Below, piece after piece: positions 30,853 to 42,431 of a stretch of DNA of 64,000 bases; positions within the stretch are counted from its first letter, which is position 1, and every line of letters starts with the position of its first letter. The position numbers and the translations under genes were made by a program. The notes beneath the pieces are model-generated. The model worked only from the letters and a program-made list of their open reading frames with translations. It did no database searches and was not told where the DNA came from. Source of the stretch: Nannocystis bainbridge (GTDB lineage Bacteria; Myxococcota_A; Polyangia; Nannocystales; Nannocystaceae); the NCBI RefSeq assembly GCF_028368995.1, contig NZ_JAQNDL010000001.1, forward strand, positions 3,520,001 through 3,584,000, in the 5' to 3' direction.

Positions 30853-32206
30853 GGCGGAGCTCCGAAGGGCGCGTGGAGCGGCAAGTCTTGAGTTCAGCCA
30901 GTGCGTCGGCGACAAGACGTGCTGCCGCTTCCACCGGCTGGGGGCCGGAAGAGTCATTCATCGGGGTCGTTTCTGCAAGTCCCGCGGCGAGTTTGGACGC
31001 CTGCAGAATCACCGGTGAAAACGCCGCCTCGAGCCCCCGGAGGCCCGTGGATGAGGGCGCAGAGGCGGCTCCCGGGGCGTTCGTGACGGGCCGTGCGAGA
31101 TCTCCCGTACCGGCGCAGGCCAGCACCAGTACGAGCGGCGCTGAGAGATCTCCCGTTCCCGAGGCCGCGAGCAGATCGAGCAACGGCGCGGCTCCGCGGG
31201 CGAGCGGCAGCCCGTCCGCGGGACCGAGCGCGACCAACCGCGGGGCGGCGCCGTGGCGACGGCGGAGTTCGCGGGCGAGATCTTTGAGGCTGCGAAACTG
31301 GGCCGCGCGGGGGACGTCGCCGAGGTCGGAGGCCCGACCCGGCGCGACGACCCGCAGCTCCGCCCCGCCGGCGCTCGCGGCAGCGGCTAGGGCGGCGAGC
31401 AGGGCTGACCTTTCGGACATGTCCTTTTCGCCCTGCCCGAACTGCGCGACGAGGTAGACCGGCGCACCCGCGGGCAGCGACCGCTGCGGCCGCAGGTCGG
31501 GCCGCAGGGCCCAGGTGCGCCGCCAGGCCTGCTCGCGGCGCCAGCGAGCGACTTCGGCGTGGGCGCCGGCGAGCAGCACGTCGGGTACACCGAGGCCGCG
31601 GAAGTCGGGCGGGCGGGTGAAGTGCGGGTGCTCGAGCCAGGCACCATGATCTTCAGGACATGTCTCGGACGACATGTCCTGAAGCGAGAAGCTGTCGCGC
31701 GCGGCCGACTCGGGGTTGCCGAGCACGCCCTCGCGCAGACGGGCGACGGCCTCGATGATCGCTAGCGCGGCGACCTCGCCGCCATTGAGGACGAAGTCGC
31801 CGATCGACAGGCACTCGTCGACGAAGTGCTCGCGCACGCGGTCGTCGATGCCCTCGTAGCGGCCACACAGGAGGCCGATCCGCGGGACCGTGGCGAGCCG
31901 CTCGGCGACCCGCTGGTCGAAGCGCGGGCCGGCGGGGGTGAGGAGGATCCGGTGCATCGGCCCGCGCTCGCGCGTGACGTGCTCGAGCGCCGCGACGACC
32001 GGCTCGATCTTCATCACCATGCCCGGGCTGCCGCCGTACGGGGCGTCGTCGACGGTGCGGTAGCGGTCGGTGGCGAACTCGCGGTAGTCGGTGCAATGCA
32101 CGCTGACGAGCTCGCGTGCGACCGCCTTGCCGACCAGGCCGCCGCGCAGGAAACCGGCCACGGCCTCGGGAAACAGCGTGAAGACCTCGAAGGTCTGGCC
32201 GCTCAC
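30839..32206 (-). CDS. trmD: tRNA (m1G37) methyltransferase TrmD with a C-terminal extension of about 210 aa
   Basis: [54 protein letters not shown]. The stop overlaps the rplS start by 14 bp. Confidence 0.93.
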   Translation of the reverse strand: MSGQTFEVFTLFPEAVAGFLRGGLVGKAVARELVSVHCTDYREFATDRYRTVDDAPYGGSPGMVMKIEPVVAALEHVTRERGPMHRILLTPAGPRFDQRVAERLATVPRIGLLCGRYEGIDDRVREHFVDECLSIGDFVLNGGEVAALAIIEAVARLREGVLGNPESAARDSFSLQDMSSETCPEDHGAWLEHPHFTRPPDFRGLGVPDVLLAGAHAEVARWRREQAWRRTWALRPDLRPQRSLPAGAPVYLVAQFGQGEKDMSERSALLAALAAAASAGGAELRVVAPGRASDLGDVPRAAQFRSLKDLARELRRRHGAAPRLVALGPADGLPLARGAAPLLDLLAASGTGDLSAPLVLVLACAGTGDLARPVTNAPGAASAPSSTGLRGLEAAFSPVILQASKLAAGLAETTPMNDSSGPQPVEAAARLVADALAELKTCRSTRPSELRHEQQ

Positions 32207-32796
32207 GGCGCCTCTCCGCCCTCCTCGAGGGCGTCGGGCAGGAGACCGAGCGGCAGGTCGACGCGCAGGCGCTCACCGTCGAGGTCGGCGATGAACTGCG
32301 GCAGCGCGGGCAAGAGCCAGGTGTCGCGGCGACCGTCGGGGCGCGTCCACTCGACCTCGAGCAGATCTTGCACCCCATTGCTGGTGACACCGGCGACGAC
32401 CCCGAGCGCCTGGGTGCGGCCGTCCGCGTGCACGCGCTCGACCGGGAGGCCGATCGTGTCGGAGATGTAGAACTCGTCCTCGGCCAGCGCAGGCAGATCG
32501 GCGCGAGCGACCCACACCTCGAGCCCGCGCAGGCGCTCGGCATGGTCGCGGTCGGCGACCCCGTCCAGCTGGACGCGCGCCGACGGCTTGCCGGGGATCG
32601 GCTCGACCGAGACGATCACGAAGGACATGTCCGATCGGGCATGTCCTTCGGGGCTACCGGATGGCCGGAGCTCGACCCGCAAGCCGCGCCTCAGGGCGCG
32701 CGAGTCGGGGTCGAAGAGGTGGAAACGAAGCTGACCGCGAACGCCGTGCGGCGCGGAGACCTCGGCGACGGCGATCGCGGCGGAGCGGCCCGACAC
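32203..32796 (-). CDS. rimM: Ribosome maturation factor RimM
   Basis: PHGVRGQL, DRDHAERLRG, LPALAEDEFYISDTIGL, GVQDLLEV, plus synteny. Confidence 0.92.
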   Translation of the reverse strand: MSGRSAAIAVAEVSAPHGVRGQLRFHLFDPDSRALRRGLRVELRPSGSPEGHARSDMSFVIVSVEPIPGKPSARVQLDGVADRDHAERLRGLEVWVARADLPALAEDEFYISDTIGLPVERVHADGRTQALGVVAGVTSNGVQDLLEVEWTRPDGRRDTWLLPALPQFIADLDGERLRVDLPLGLLPDALEEGGEAP

Positions 32797-32808
32797 GGCG
32801 GCCTCCGG

Positions 32809-33066
32809 CTACTCGAGGATCTCGAGGTCGGCGCGCTTGCGGAGCTTGGCCGAAGCGGCGCTGAGCAGCGAGCGCATGGCCTTGACGGTGCGCCCCTGCT
32901 TGCCGATGACCTTGCCGAGGTCGTCGCGGGCGACGCGGAGCTCGAGCACCACGGTCTGCTCGCCGGCGATCTCGGAGACGTGAACTTCGTCGGGACGATC
33001 GACGAGGGCACGCGCGAGGAACTCGACGAGGTCCTTGAGGGAGATGTTCGCGGACGCTGCGGGCAT
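32809..33066 (-). CDS. khpA: KH-domain RNA-binding protein KhpA
   Basis: [16 protein letters not shown]...[29 protein letters not shown] before ATG 33066. Confidence 0.92.
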   Translation of the reverse strand: MPAASANISLKDLVEFLARALVDRPDEVHVSEIAGEQTVVLELRVARDDLGKVIGKQGRTVKAMRSLLSAASAKLRKRADLEILE

Positions 33067-33165
33067 GGGTGCCTCCGGGGGGTGTAGCACCGTCGCGGCT
33101 CATGCGAGCGCGACGGGGCGAGGCGCGAGGACGAGGGACCGGACGAGGAACGCGGGCCGGGAGGC

Positions 33166-33459
33166 CTACTTCGTCTCGGTCTTCTTGGTCTTCGGCTTGG
33201 CGGCCCGGGGGGCCTTGCCGGCGGCGATGTTGCGCGCGCGACGGAGCAGGCGCTCGACGGTGTCGGTCGGCGAGGCACCCTGGCTCTCCCAGTACTCGAC
33301 GCGGGGCGCATTGAGGGTGACCGACTCGGCGTGCGGGTCGTAGGTCCCGAGGCGCTCGAGGAAGCGACCGTCGCGCGGGCTGCGGGCGTCGGCGGCGACG
33401 ATGCGGTAGTAGGGACGCTTCTTGGAGCCCATGCGGGCGAGCCTGATCTTGACGGCCAT
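33166..33459 (-). CDS. rpsP: 30S ribosomal protein S16
   Basis: [42 protein letters not shown]. Confidence 0.97.
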   Translation of the reverse strand: MAVKIRLARMGSKKRPYYRIVAADARSPRDGRFLERLGTYDPHAESVTLNAPRVEYWESQGASPTDTVERLLRRARNIAAGKAPRAAKPKTKKTETK

Positions 33460-33706
33460 GAGTGCGTGCTTTGCTGGAGATCGTGCGCCGGAGGCGAAAA
33501 GGGGTGCGAAGCCTAAACGGCTCGCCGTGCGCGGGTCAAGTCGCTGCGCGCGATAGCCCGGGAGACGGGCGACGCCGCTGGCGGAGGCGTATACCTCGCC
33601 CCGGCGGGCAGGCAAAGCCGGCTGGGCGGGGGCGGACGTGCGCAATGTCCCCTCCCGCGAAGCGGCGTCGGCGGCGGCGCGATCTAAGATCTCCGCCCCC
33701 GCGACC

Positions 33707-35497
33707 ATGCCGATCTCCCCTCCCCGCGCCGCCGGCCTCGCCGTCCTCGGGTCCCGCCCCCGCGCGTTTGCCGGGCTCGCCGCGATCGTGACCTCGGCCA
33801 TCCTGGCCTGTGCGACCTGCGGCGGCCCGGGTTCCGGGCCGACCAAGACCACCCATGTAGAGCCGGCGGCCGCCCCTGCGCGGCTGACGATCGACCTGGT
33901 GGCTTTCGCCCGGGTGATGGGGGCGGTGGCCCCGTGTGGCTGCACCACCGAGCCGCTGGGCGGGCTGCAGTACGTGTTCGGCTATCTCGGGCACGACCTC
34001 GACGCGCAGCGACGCCTGGTCGTCGAGCCGGGCGGGCTCCTGATCCCCGACCCCAAGGGGCCGGAGGCGCCGCCCGACGAGGCGGCGTGGGCGCAGGCGT
34101 ATCAGCGGGCCGACGCGCTCCAGGAGCGGTTCGCGTCGCTGGGCGGTTCGCTGGTGTCGGGCGTGGGCGCCAACGACCTTTCGAGCCCGCTTGCGCAGGA
34201 GGCGCTGAAGAAGTGGCCGCTGCCGCGGGTGCTCGCCAACAGCCGCGCGTTCGACGACGCGGGGGTGGTGCCGCACCGCGTGGTCGATGTCCCCGGGCTC
34301 GACGGCAAGCCGGCGCTGCAGTTCGGCGTGACCGCGGTGCATGAGCCGAGCCCGGAGGCGATCAAATTGCTCGGGCCGCTCGAGCCGACCAAGAGCGCGG
34401 CCCAGCGTGAGGTCGCGGCGATGCGGGCGGCCGGGGCCGACGTGGTGATCGTGCTGGTCCATGGCACGCGCGCCGCGGCGGTCGAGATCGCCGAGGGCGT
34501 GCCGGGGGCGGACATCGTGGTGACGGGCGTGCCGGAGGGCACCGAAAAGGCGCGGCTCGGCGCTCCGGCGACCCGCGTCGGCCACGGCTGGGTGCTGGAG
34601 CCGGGCGACCAGGCGCAGACGCTGACGCACGTGCGGCTCTCGATCGATCCGTCGGCGCTCGCGGCGATGCCCGGGCCCGACGCGTGGAAGGTCCAGCCGT
34701 CGGCCGCGGTGCAGACCAGGGAGCTCGAGCGGCTCGACGCGCGGCTCACCAAGTTCCGCGCCGATCCCGGCGCCGATCCGGGGTACATCGCCCGGCTCGA
34801 GCAGGAGCGCGCGACGCTCGCCGCGGCGATGACGACCGGCGCGGCGCCGACGGGCGCGGTGGCCGTCACGTTCGAGCAGCAGAAGATCACTTGCAAGCTG
34901 CCGGTCGACGCGGCCGGCGCCGAGGCGCTGCGCAGCTACGACGCGTGGGTGGCGACGCAGAACCAGCGGCGCTTCGCGGGCGTGAAGCCGCCGGCGCCGG
35001 CGAAGGGCCAGGCGAGCTACATCGGCGGCGAGCAGTGCGGCGCGTGCCACGACAAGGCCGAGGAGCACTGGGCCGGCACCCGCCACGCGGGCGCCTACGA
35101 GACGCTGGTGAAGGTCAACAAGCAGTTCGACCTGTCGTGCGTCGGCTGCCACGTGACCGGGTTTCGTCAGCCGGGTGGGTCGGAAGTGGTCGAGGTCGCC
35201 GGCCTCGAGGACGTGCAGTGCGAGGTCTGCCACGGGCCTGGCAGCATCCACGCGGAGTCGCCGGAGAAGGCGGGCAAGGCGTTCGGGATCCGCCGCGAGG
35301 CTGCGGTCGACGTGTGCCTCGGTTGCCACACGGCGGAGCACTCGGACACGTTCAACTACGAGGCGTACCTGCGCGACGTGCTGGGCGCCGGCCACGGCGA
35401 GGGGCGGCGCTCGTTGCTCGGGGACGGGCCGACCGGGCGCGAGCTGCGGGCGGAGGGCCTGGAGAAGGCCGGCGGCGCCTGTCCGAAGCAGATGTGA
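33707..35497 (+). CDS. Exported tetraheme cytochrome c fused to a degenerate UshA/5'-nucleotidase-like domain
   Basis: Four CxxCH motifs (CGACH, CVGCH, CEVCH, CLGCH) at the C-terminus. The N-terminal region has PCGC..PLGGL, GANDL, LANS and [10 protein letters not shown]. Start codon uncertain. Confidence 0.8.
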   Translation: MPISPPRAAGLAVLGSRPRAFAGLAAIVTSAILACATCGGPGSGPTKTTHVEPAAAPARLTIDLVAFARVMGAVAPCGCTTEPLGGLQYVFGYLGHDLDAQRRLVVEPGGLLIPDPKGPEAPPDEAAWAQAYQRADALQERFASLGGSLVSGVGANDLSSPLAQEALKKWPLPRVLANSRAFDDAGVVPHRVVDVPGLDGKPALQFGVTAVHEPSPEAIKLLGPLEPTKSAAQREVAAMRAAGADVVIVLVHGTRAAAVEIAEGVPGADIVVTGVPEGTEKARLGAPATRVGHGWVLEPGDQAQTLTHVRLSIDPSALAAMPGPDAWKVQPSAAVQTRELERLDARLTKFRADPGADPGYIARLEQERATLAAAMTTGAAPTGAVAVTFEQQKITCKLPVDAAGAEALRSYDAWVATQNQRRFAGVKPPAPAKGQASYIGGEQCGACHDKAEEHWAGTRHAGAYETLVKVNKQFDLSCVGCHVTGFRQPGGSEVVEVAGLEDVQCEVCHGPGSIHAESPEKAGKAFGIRREAAVDVCLGCHTAEHSDTFNYEAYLRDVLGAGHGEGRRSLLGDGPTGRELRAEGLEKAGGACPKQM

Positions 35498-35570
35498 GCC
35501 GCCCGGGGCGTGCGCAAGGTCTTGAGCGGCCGGCGTTGACCCCCGGGTGCGCGCGTGCTCTCTTGCCCCG

Positions 35571-36914
<1,344 letters not shown>

Positions 36915-37060
36915 CGGCGTCCCTCGCGGATCAGCGCCGAGCATCCCTCGGCGCTTTTCGCAGGTCACCGCCGCTCACGCCGGGAACGCCTCGCATCGAG
37001 GCGCTCGCCAATCACTCGCGCCGCCGATGACCCGGGCGGCGCGCATCCATTCTCACCGCG

Positions 37061-37993
37061 TCACTTGAGCGCGACCACGTAGCCGAGCCAGGCTTCCTGG
37101 TTCTCGATCTCCGTGTGCTCGACGAACTCGCCGGTGCCGGTCAGGTACTCGTCGTCGTCCTCGTCGGCCTCGACGCGCTCGAAGTAGAACTTCACGCTCG
37201 AGAAGCCGGCCTCGCGCAGCAGCTCACCGAGCTCCGGCAGGGTCCACAGGCGCCAGTCGTAGGTGAAGGCGCGGTACAGCTGCGAGCCGTCGCGGAACTT
37301 CCACGTGATGTGGCACAGCGTGTGGTGGTTGATCGGGTTGAACTTCTCCTGCTCCCACACGTACGTCAGCCCGCCGCGCAGCTCGCGTTCGTCGCTGAGC
37401 TCGACCACCGCCTCGGTGCCGCCGTAGACCTCGAGCGCGAAGGCGCCGTCGGCGACCAGGTTCTCGTGGGCGGCGGCGAAGTAGCCGCGCAGCTCCTCGC
37501 GGGTCTTGAAGATGCAGTAGCTGAAGTTCATCGCCACGATCAGGTCGACCGCGGGCAGGCTGGTGTCGCGCACGTCGGCCTGGGCCAGCGTCACGCGCTC
37601 GACCGCGTCCGGGGGCGCGCCGGCGAGGGTGTTGGTGCGGCCCCACTCGAGCGTCGGGCCGTCGAGGTCGACGCCGAGCGCCGTGCGGCGCGGGTCGGAC
37701 TTGCACCACTCGGTGGAGAACAGCGCGGTGCCGCAGAAGTCCTCACGCACGCTGAGCGGGGGGCGGCCGCGGTGCTTCTGGAACTCGGCGTCGAAGAACT
37801 CGATGTCGACGCCGGGCGACTGGACCGAGCGCTGGTAGAGCGCGAACTTGTCGGCGCTCTCGGCCTGCGTCGGCCCGCGCTTGCGCGCCGGCGGCTTCGA
37901 CGACTTCTTCTTGGCCGCCGCGCTGGCCTGCTTCTTGGCGGGCTGCTGCTTCGGCGACTTCTTGGCGGGGGCCTTCGCGGTCTTTTTGGACAT
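37061..37993 (-). CDS. Class I SAM-dependent methyltransferase with Lys-rich N-terminus
   Basis: LYQRSVQSP, REDFCGTA, GVDLD, DLIVAMNFSY, AFTYDWRLW. Confidence 0.85.
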   Translation of the reverse strand: MSKKTAKAPAKKSPKQQPAKKQASAAAKKKSSKPPARKRGPTQAESADKFALYQRSVQSPGVDIEFFDAEFQKHRGRPPLSVREDFCGTALFSTEWCKSDPRRTALGVDLDGPTLEWGRTNTLAGAPPDAVERVTLAQADVRDTSLPAVDLIVAMNFSYCIFKTREELRGYFAAAHENLVADGAFALEVYGGTEAVVELSDERELRGGLTYVWEQEKFNPINHHTLCHITWKFRDGSQLYRAFTYDWRLWTLPELGELLREAGFSSVKFYFERVEADEDDDEYLTGTGEFVEHTEIENQEAWLGYVVALK

Positions 37994-38013
37994 GTTCGTT
38001 CAGACAGGTTGCG

Positions 38014-38844
38014 TCAGCGCTCGGCGGCCAGGTAGGTCCACCAGATCTCCTGGTTCTCGACGTAGTCCGGCTCGTAGAACACGCCGGTGCCCTCACCCTC
38101 GGCGTTGGTCTTCTCCCAGTAGGCGTGGACCTTGGAGAAGCCGGCCTCGAGCAGCAGGTCGCGCAGCTCGGGGGCCATCCACAGGCGCCAGTCGTAGGTG
38201 AAGGCCTCGAGCAGCTTGGAGCCGTCGGGGAACAGGAAGTGGATGTGGCACAGGAAATCGTGGGTCAGGGCGTCGAAGCGGGCCTGCTCCCAGCGGTAGA
38301 TGAAGTCGCCGTGGTCGTTGTCGGTCGAGCCTTCGACGATCGCCTCGGTGCCGCCGAGCAGGTCGAGGAAGAACAGCCCGTCCTTGGCGAGACCGGCGTG
38401 CACGGCCCGGAAGTAGTCGAGCAGCTCGTCGCGGCGCTTGAAGCAGTAGTAGGAGAAGTTGAGCGCGCAGGCGATGTCGACCTTGGGCTTCTTGACCTCG
38501 CGGACGTCGGCGCAGAGCAGCGAGACGCGGCTGGCGACGTTGCGGCCGGCGGGGACGATGCGGTGCTCCAGGCCCCAGTTGATCGTCTCCTGCGACAGGT
38601 CGACGCCGAGGGCCGTGCGGTCGGCCCCGCTCTTGACCCATTCGGCGCACAGCACCGCGGTGCCGCAGAAATCTTCGCGCAGCGACACCGGGTCGTGGCC
38701 GCGGAGCTTCTTGTAGATGCGGTTGAAGAACTTGACGTCGCTGCCCGGGTCCTGGACGGCGCGCTCGTAGAGGGCGTGCACGTCGGCCTGGGCGGCCTGG
38801 GTCTTCTTCGCGGCGGACTTGCTCTTCGCGGTGCGTGCGGTCAA
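38014..38844 (-). CDS. Class I SAM-dependent methyltransferase, paralog of 37061-37993
   Basis: LYERAVQDP, REDFCGTA, DIACALNFSY, AFTYDWRLW. TTG start. Confidence 0.85.
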   Translation of the reverse strand: MTARTAKSKSAAKKTQAAQADVHALYERAVQDPGSDVKFFNRIYKKLRGHDPVSLREDFCGTAVLCAEWVKSGADRTALGVDLSQETINWGLEHRIVPAGRNVASRVSLLCADVREVKKPKVDIACALNFSYYCFKRRDELLDYFRAVHAGLAKDGLFFLDLLGGTEAIVEGSTDNDHGDFIYRWEQARFDALTHDFLCHIHFLFPDGSKLLEAFTYDWRLWMAPELRDLLLEAGFSKVHAYWEKTNAEGEGTGVFYEPDYVENQEIWWTYLAAER

Positions 38845-38914
38845 CGGGTCCTCGAGACCGGCGCACGGTACCGCAAAAACCGCGCAGCGCCGCGCGGACT
38901 TTTTGCCGCGCGGC

Positions 38915-39391
38915 TCAGCCCTGCTGCTCGAGCAGCGTGGTCAGGCCGTCGTAGGCGCCCGTGATGTTGCGCGTGACCTCGGTCGCGACCTTGTACTTCT
39001 CCGGGTCCTTGGCGAAGCGGTCGGGGTGGTACTGCTTCAGCAGGCGCCGGTAGGACTTGCGGATGTCCTCGAGCGGGGCGCCGGGCTCGAGCTCGAGGGT
39101 CCGGTACCAGCGCAGGCGGTCGGCCTCGGAGCTGCGCTGGCGCGGCGGGTTGTTGCCAGCGGCGCGCTGGCTGGCCTCGAAGGCCCGGTCCCACATATCC
39201 TCGGCGGCGTCGCGGACCAGGCGGGCGCGCTTGCCGGCCTTGGTGCCGACGGTGTCCTTCTCGACCTCGTCGTCGATGACGCGGCGCTCATCCTCGCTGA
39301 GCCCCTCGAGTGGGTCGCCCTTGCGGAAAGCCTGGGAGAAGTCGGTGATGTTGGCCCGCGCGAGGTCGAAGAAGCGGCGAGTGATGCTCAC
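38915..39391 (-). CDS. Small J-domain protein
   Basis: C-terminal YRTLEL...IRKSYRRLLKQYHPDRF with the HPD motif. Confidence 0.88.
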   Translation of the reverse strand: MSITRRFFDLARANITDFSQAFRKGDPLEGLSEDERRVIDDEVEKDTVGTKAGKRARLVRDAAEDMWDRAFEASQRAAGNNPPRQRSSEADRLRWYRTLELEPGAPLEDIRKSYRRLLKQYHPDRFAKDPEKYKVATEVTRNITGAYDGLTTLLEQQG

Positions 39392-39457
39392 CCGCTCACG
39401 ATAGTGAAAATCGCCTCGCTCGCAAGACGGGCGGCCGCGCGCGGGGGGCGGCCGCGC

Positions 39458-40102
39458 CTAGAAGTCCTCGTAATCGTCGTCCTTGGGCGGCGGCGGCGGC
39501 GGCTTGCGGGCTGCCGGGACCGGGGCCGAGGCGCCGAAGCGCGGCGGGGGCGGGAGCGACTGGTGCGACTCGTCGAGGCTGGCGCGCAGCGAGTCCTCGC
39601 GGCCGCGGCGAGCGAGGCCGCTGCGAGCGGCTGCGGGAAGGCTGTCCTCGGCGAGCACCGCGGAGGCGCTGAGGCTCGTGACCGACTCGCCGGCCATCTC
39701 GTCGCCCTCTTCGAGCTGCGCCATCTCCTCCGCGGTGAGCTCGCGCGTGCGGAAGCCCGGCTCGGCGGAGCGTGAGGCCTCGCGCGTGCGATGCCAGGCG
39801 ATCGCGTCGATGACCCGCAAGGTCATCTCGGCGCTGAGGTTGTGGAACGCCACGCCCATGCCGCGCGGCTCGTCCTGCTGATGGACGACGCGGCCGGTGC
39901 CGCTGATGACGACCGGGTCGTCGAGCAAGATCGTGAAGCGGAGGTCGATCGCGGCGCCGACCGGCAGGCGCGCGCGCGTGTTGATGAACACGCCCTGCTC
40001 GCTCAGGTTGCTGACGAAGGAGATGCTGCCAGGCTCGAGCTCGGCGAACTCGGCGTTCACCGTGTAGCGCTCGCCCCGTCGCCGTTCCATCGCTTTCGCC
40101 AT
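39458..40102 (-). CDS. PilZ-domain protein with low-complexity C-terminal tail
   Basis: ERRRGER (RxxxR) and NLSEQG (D/NxSxxG) motifs, GRVV...GMGVAF. Confidence 0.85.
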   Translation of the reverse strand: MAKAMERRRGERYTVNAEFAELEPGSISFVSNLSEQGVFINTRARLPVGAAIDLRFTILLDDPVVISGTGRVVHQQDEPRGMGVAFHNLSAEMTLRVIDAIAWHRTREASRSAEPGFRTRELTAEEMAQLEEGDEMAGESVTSLSASAVLAEDSLPAAARSGLARRGREDSLRASLDESHQSLPPPPRFGASAPVPAARKPPPPPPKDDDYEDF

Positions 40103-40119
40103 GGGTCGCTCCTTCTCGC

Positions 40120-41685
40120 TCAGTCGGCCGCGTTGCTGTTGTTGCTGCGGTTGCCGCCCTTGTTCTTGGTGCGGATCTCGAAGTGCTCGATGTGGAAGTC
40201 CTTGCGGCCCTGGATGTCGATGCCCTTCTGCAGCCGCTTGACCATGTTGTCGATCGCGGCGACCTCGGGACCGTTCATCAGATCGGCCACCGCGGGCGCG
40301 GCCTGGACGACGATGGTGTCGCCGACGAGGTGCGGCCCTTCGCGCCGGACCTCGCGCAAGATCTCGTAGCACATCGTGGACGGGCTCTTGGTGTAGCCCT
40401 TACCGTTGCAGACCTCGCAAGGGGCCGTCAACAGCCGCAGCAGCGACTCCTTGGTCCGCTTGCGGCTCATCTCGACCAGGCCCATCTCCGAGATCTTGGT
40501 GATGTGCGCCTTGGCGCGGTCGCGGCGGAGGACCTCCTGCAGCTTGCGGTAGACCTTGCGCCGGTTCGACTCCTTGTCCATGTCGATGAAGTCGATGATG
40601 ACCAGGCCGCCGAGGTTGCGCAGGCGCAGCTGGTCGGCCAGCTCCTCCGCCGCCTCGAGGTTGGTCTGCGTGATCGTCTCCTCGAGCGTCTTGCCCTTGG
40701 CGCCGACGAACTTGCCGGTGTTGACGTCGATCGCCGTCAGCGCCTCGCCCTGGTCGAACACCAGCGAGCCGCCGCTCTTGAGCTGGACCTTGCGCTCGAG
40801 CGCGCGGTTGATCTCGAGCTCGATGCCGTAGCCGTCGAAGATCGGCTCGCGGCCGGTGTAGAGCTCGACGCGGTCGACCAGCTCGGGCATGAACGCGCCG
40901 ATGAACCGGACCGCCTTGTCGTGGGCGATGCGGTCGTCGACGATGACCTTCTTGAACTCGGGCGTCAGGTTGTCGCGCACGACCCGGAGCATGAGGTTGA
41001 GGTCGCGGTAGAGCAGCGCCGGCGCGCGCTGGTGGCGCTCGTTGAACTGGATGTTCTCCCACAGGCGCAGGAGGTAATCCATGTCGGCGCGGACCTGGTT
41101 GTTGCTGGCCGACTCGGCGACGGTGCGGACGATGAAGCCCGAGCCCGCGGGGCGCATCTGGTCGATCAGGCGGCGCAGGCGACGGCGCTCGCGGTCGCCG
41201 GCGATCCGGCGCGAGATCCCGATGTGGCTCACCGTCGGCATGAACACGACGTTGCGCCCGGGCAGCGAGATGTACGTGGTGATCCGCGCGCCCTTGCTCG
41301 AGATCGGATCCTTCACGACCTGGACCAGGATCTCCTGGCCGGGGCGCACCAGCTCGGTGATGTCGCCGTGGCGACCGGTGCGGCGCGGCGCGACGTCGTC
41401 GTCGTCGTCGCCGCCGAGGGCGCGCAGGGCGGCTTCCTTCTCGCCCTGACCGCCCGGCGCGGCGATGTCACCGGCGTACAAGAACGCGGCCTTCTCCTCG
41501 CCGATGTCGACGAACGCGGCCTGCATGCCCGGGAGCACGCGCAGGACCTTGCCCTTGTACACGTTACCGACCGTGCCGCGCTCGCGCTCGCGCTCGACGT
41601 AGTACTCGGAGAGGATCCCCTGTTCGATGAGAGCGACCCGCGTCTCGGGTCCATCGGCGTTGATGACAATGACGGAATCTGACAC
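40120..41685 (-). CDS. rng: Ribonuclease G (Rne/Rng family)
   Basis: ETRVAL, VGNVYKGKVLRVLPGMQAAFVDIG, KGARITT, AIDVNTG, QLRLRNLGGLVIIDFIDM, CEVCNGKG. GTG start at 41685. Confidence 0.93.
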   Translation of the reverse strand: MSDSVIVINADGPETRVALIEQGILSEYYVERERERGTVGNVYKGKVLRVLPGMQAAFVDIGEEKAAFLYAGDIAAPGGQGEKEAALRALGGDDDDDVAPRRTGRHGDITELVRPGQEILVQVVKDPISSKGARITTYISLPGRNVVFMPTVSHIGISRRIAGDRERRRLRRLIDQMRPAGSGFIVRTVAESASNNQVRADMDYLLRLWENIQFNERHQRAPALLYRDLNLMLRVVRDNLTPEFKKVIVDDRIAHDKAVRFIGAFMPELVDRVELYTGREPIFDGYGIELEINRALERKVQLKSGGSLVFDQGEALTAIDVNTGKFVGAKGKTLEETITQTNLEAAEELADQLRLRNLGGLVIIDFIDMDKESNRRKVYRKLQEVLRRDRAKAHITKISEMGLVEMSRKRTKESLLRLLTAPCEVCNGKGYTKSPSTMCYEILREVRREGPHLVGDTIVVQAAPAVADLMNGPEVAAIDNMVKRLQKGIDIQGRKDFHIEHFEIRTKNKGGNRSNNSNAAD

Positions 41686-41909
41686 GGCGGCCGGGCATTG
41701 GTAGCACAACCGGGGCTCCGGGTGACAACCGCGGACACGCGGGCGGGCCGCTGACAATTCACGGCCGACCGGCGCCCGATGGGCGCCGCCTGCCCGGGGA
41801 GACCCGGGCGTGACCTGGAGCACCCTCGCGCGCGCCGGCCGGCGACGTCGCGCGGCGCGGGATTTTCGACTTTCCTGGCCCGGCCGTCTTCTGTAGTGTT
41901 CCCCGCGCC

Positions 41910-42407
41910 ATGGCCTTCCAGTACCAACCGGGGATCTTCAAGACCACGAAGTTCCTGCCCGAGCACGAGGCGACCGTCGCCCCCAACCTGCTCATCCTGA
42001 TCCGGACCGACGCCGAGTTCGCGCCCGCCTCGGTCCTGCTTCCGGTGCAGAACATCCACAATCAGTGGCGCTTCCAGATGCCCGGGGTGAAGGTCCCGAA
42101 GGTCGACTACGGCTGGGGCTCGTCGCTCGTCAAGCTGCCGCACGAGGGCTTTTACCGGCTGACCCGCGAGTTCAAGTTCGGCGACAACGGCCGCTGGCTG
42201 CCCAACGCGATCGTCCAGCTCGGCTACACCCGCGGCGGCGATCCGATCCTCTTTATCGCCCAGCGCCGCAACCCGCTGGTCGCCAACGACCTGTTCTTCA
42301 GCGACAAGGGCGTCAAGGTCGAGCTCAGCGACATCACCGGCAACAACGCGATGCTCGAGGCCCTGACCTGGTTCCAGGAGCAGGAAGGCGCCGCCGCCAA
42401 GCGCTGA
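41910..42407 (+). CDS. Hypothetical protein (165 aa)
   Basis: Clean host-like codon usage and globular composition. No family recognised. Confidence 0.75.
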   Translation: MAFQYQPGIFKTTKFLPEHEATVAPNLLILIRTDAEFAPASVLLPVQNIHNQWRFQMPGVKVPKVDYGWGSSLVKLPHEGFYRLTREFKFGDNGRWLPNAIVQLGYTRGGDPILFIAQRRNPLVANDLFFSDKGVKVELSDITGNNAMLEALTWFQEQEGAAAKR

Positions 42408-42431
42408 GCGGCGCCCCGCCGTCCGACCCGG

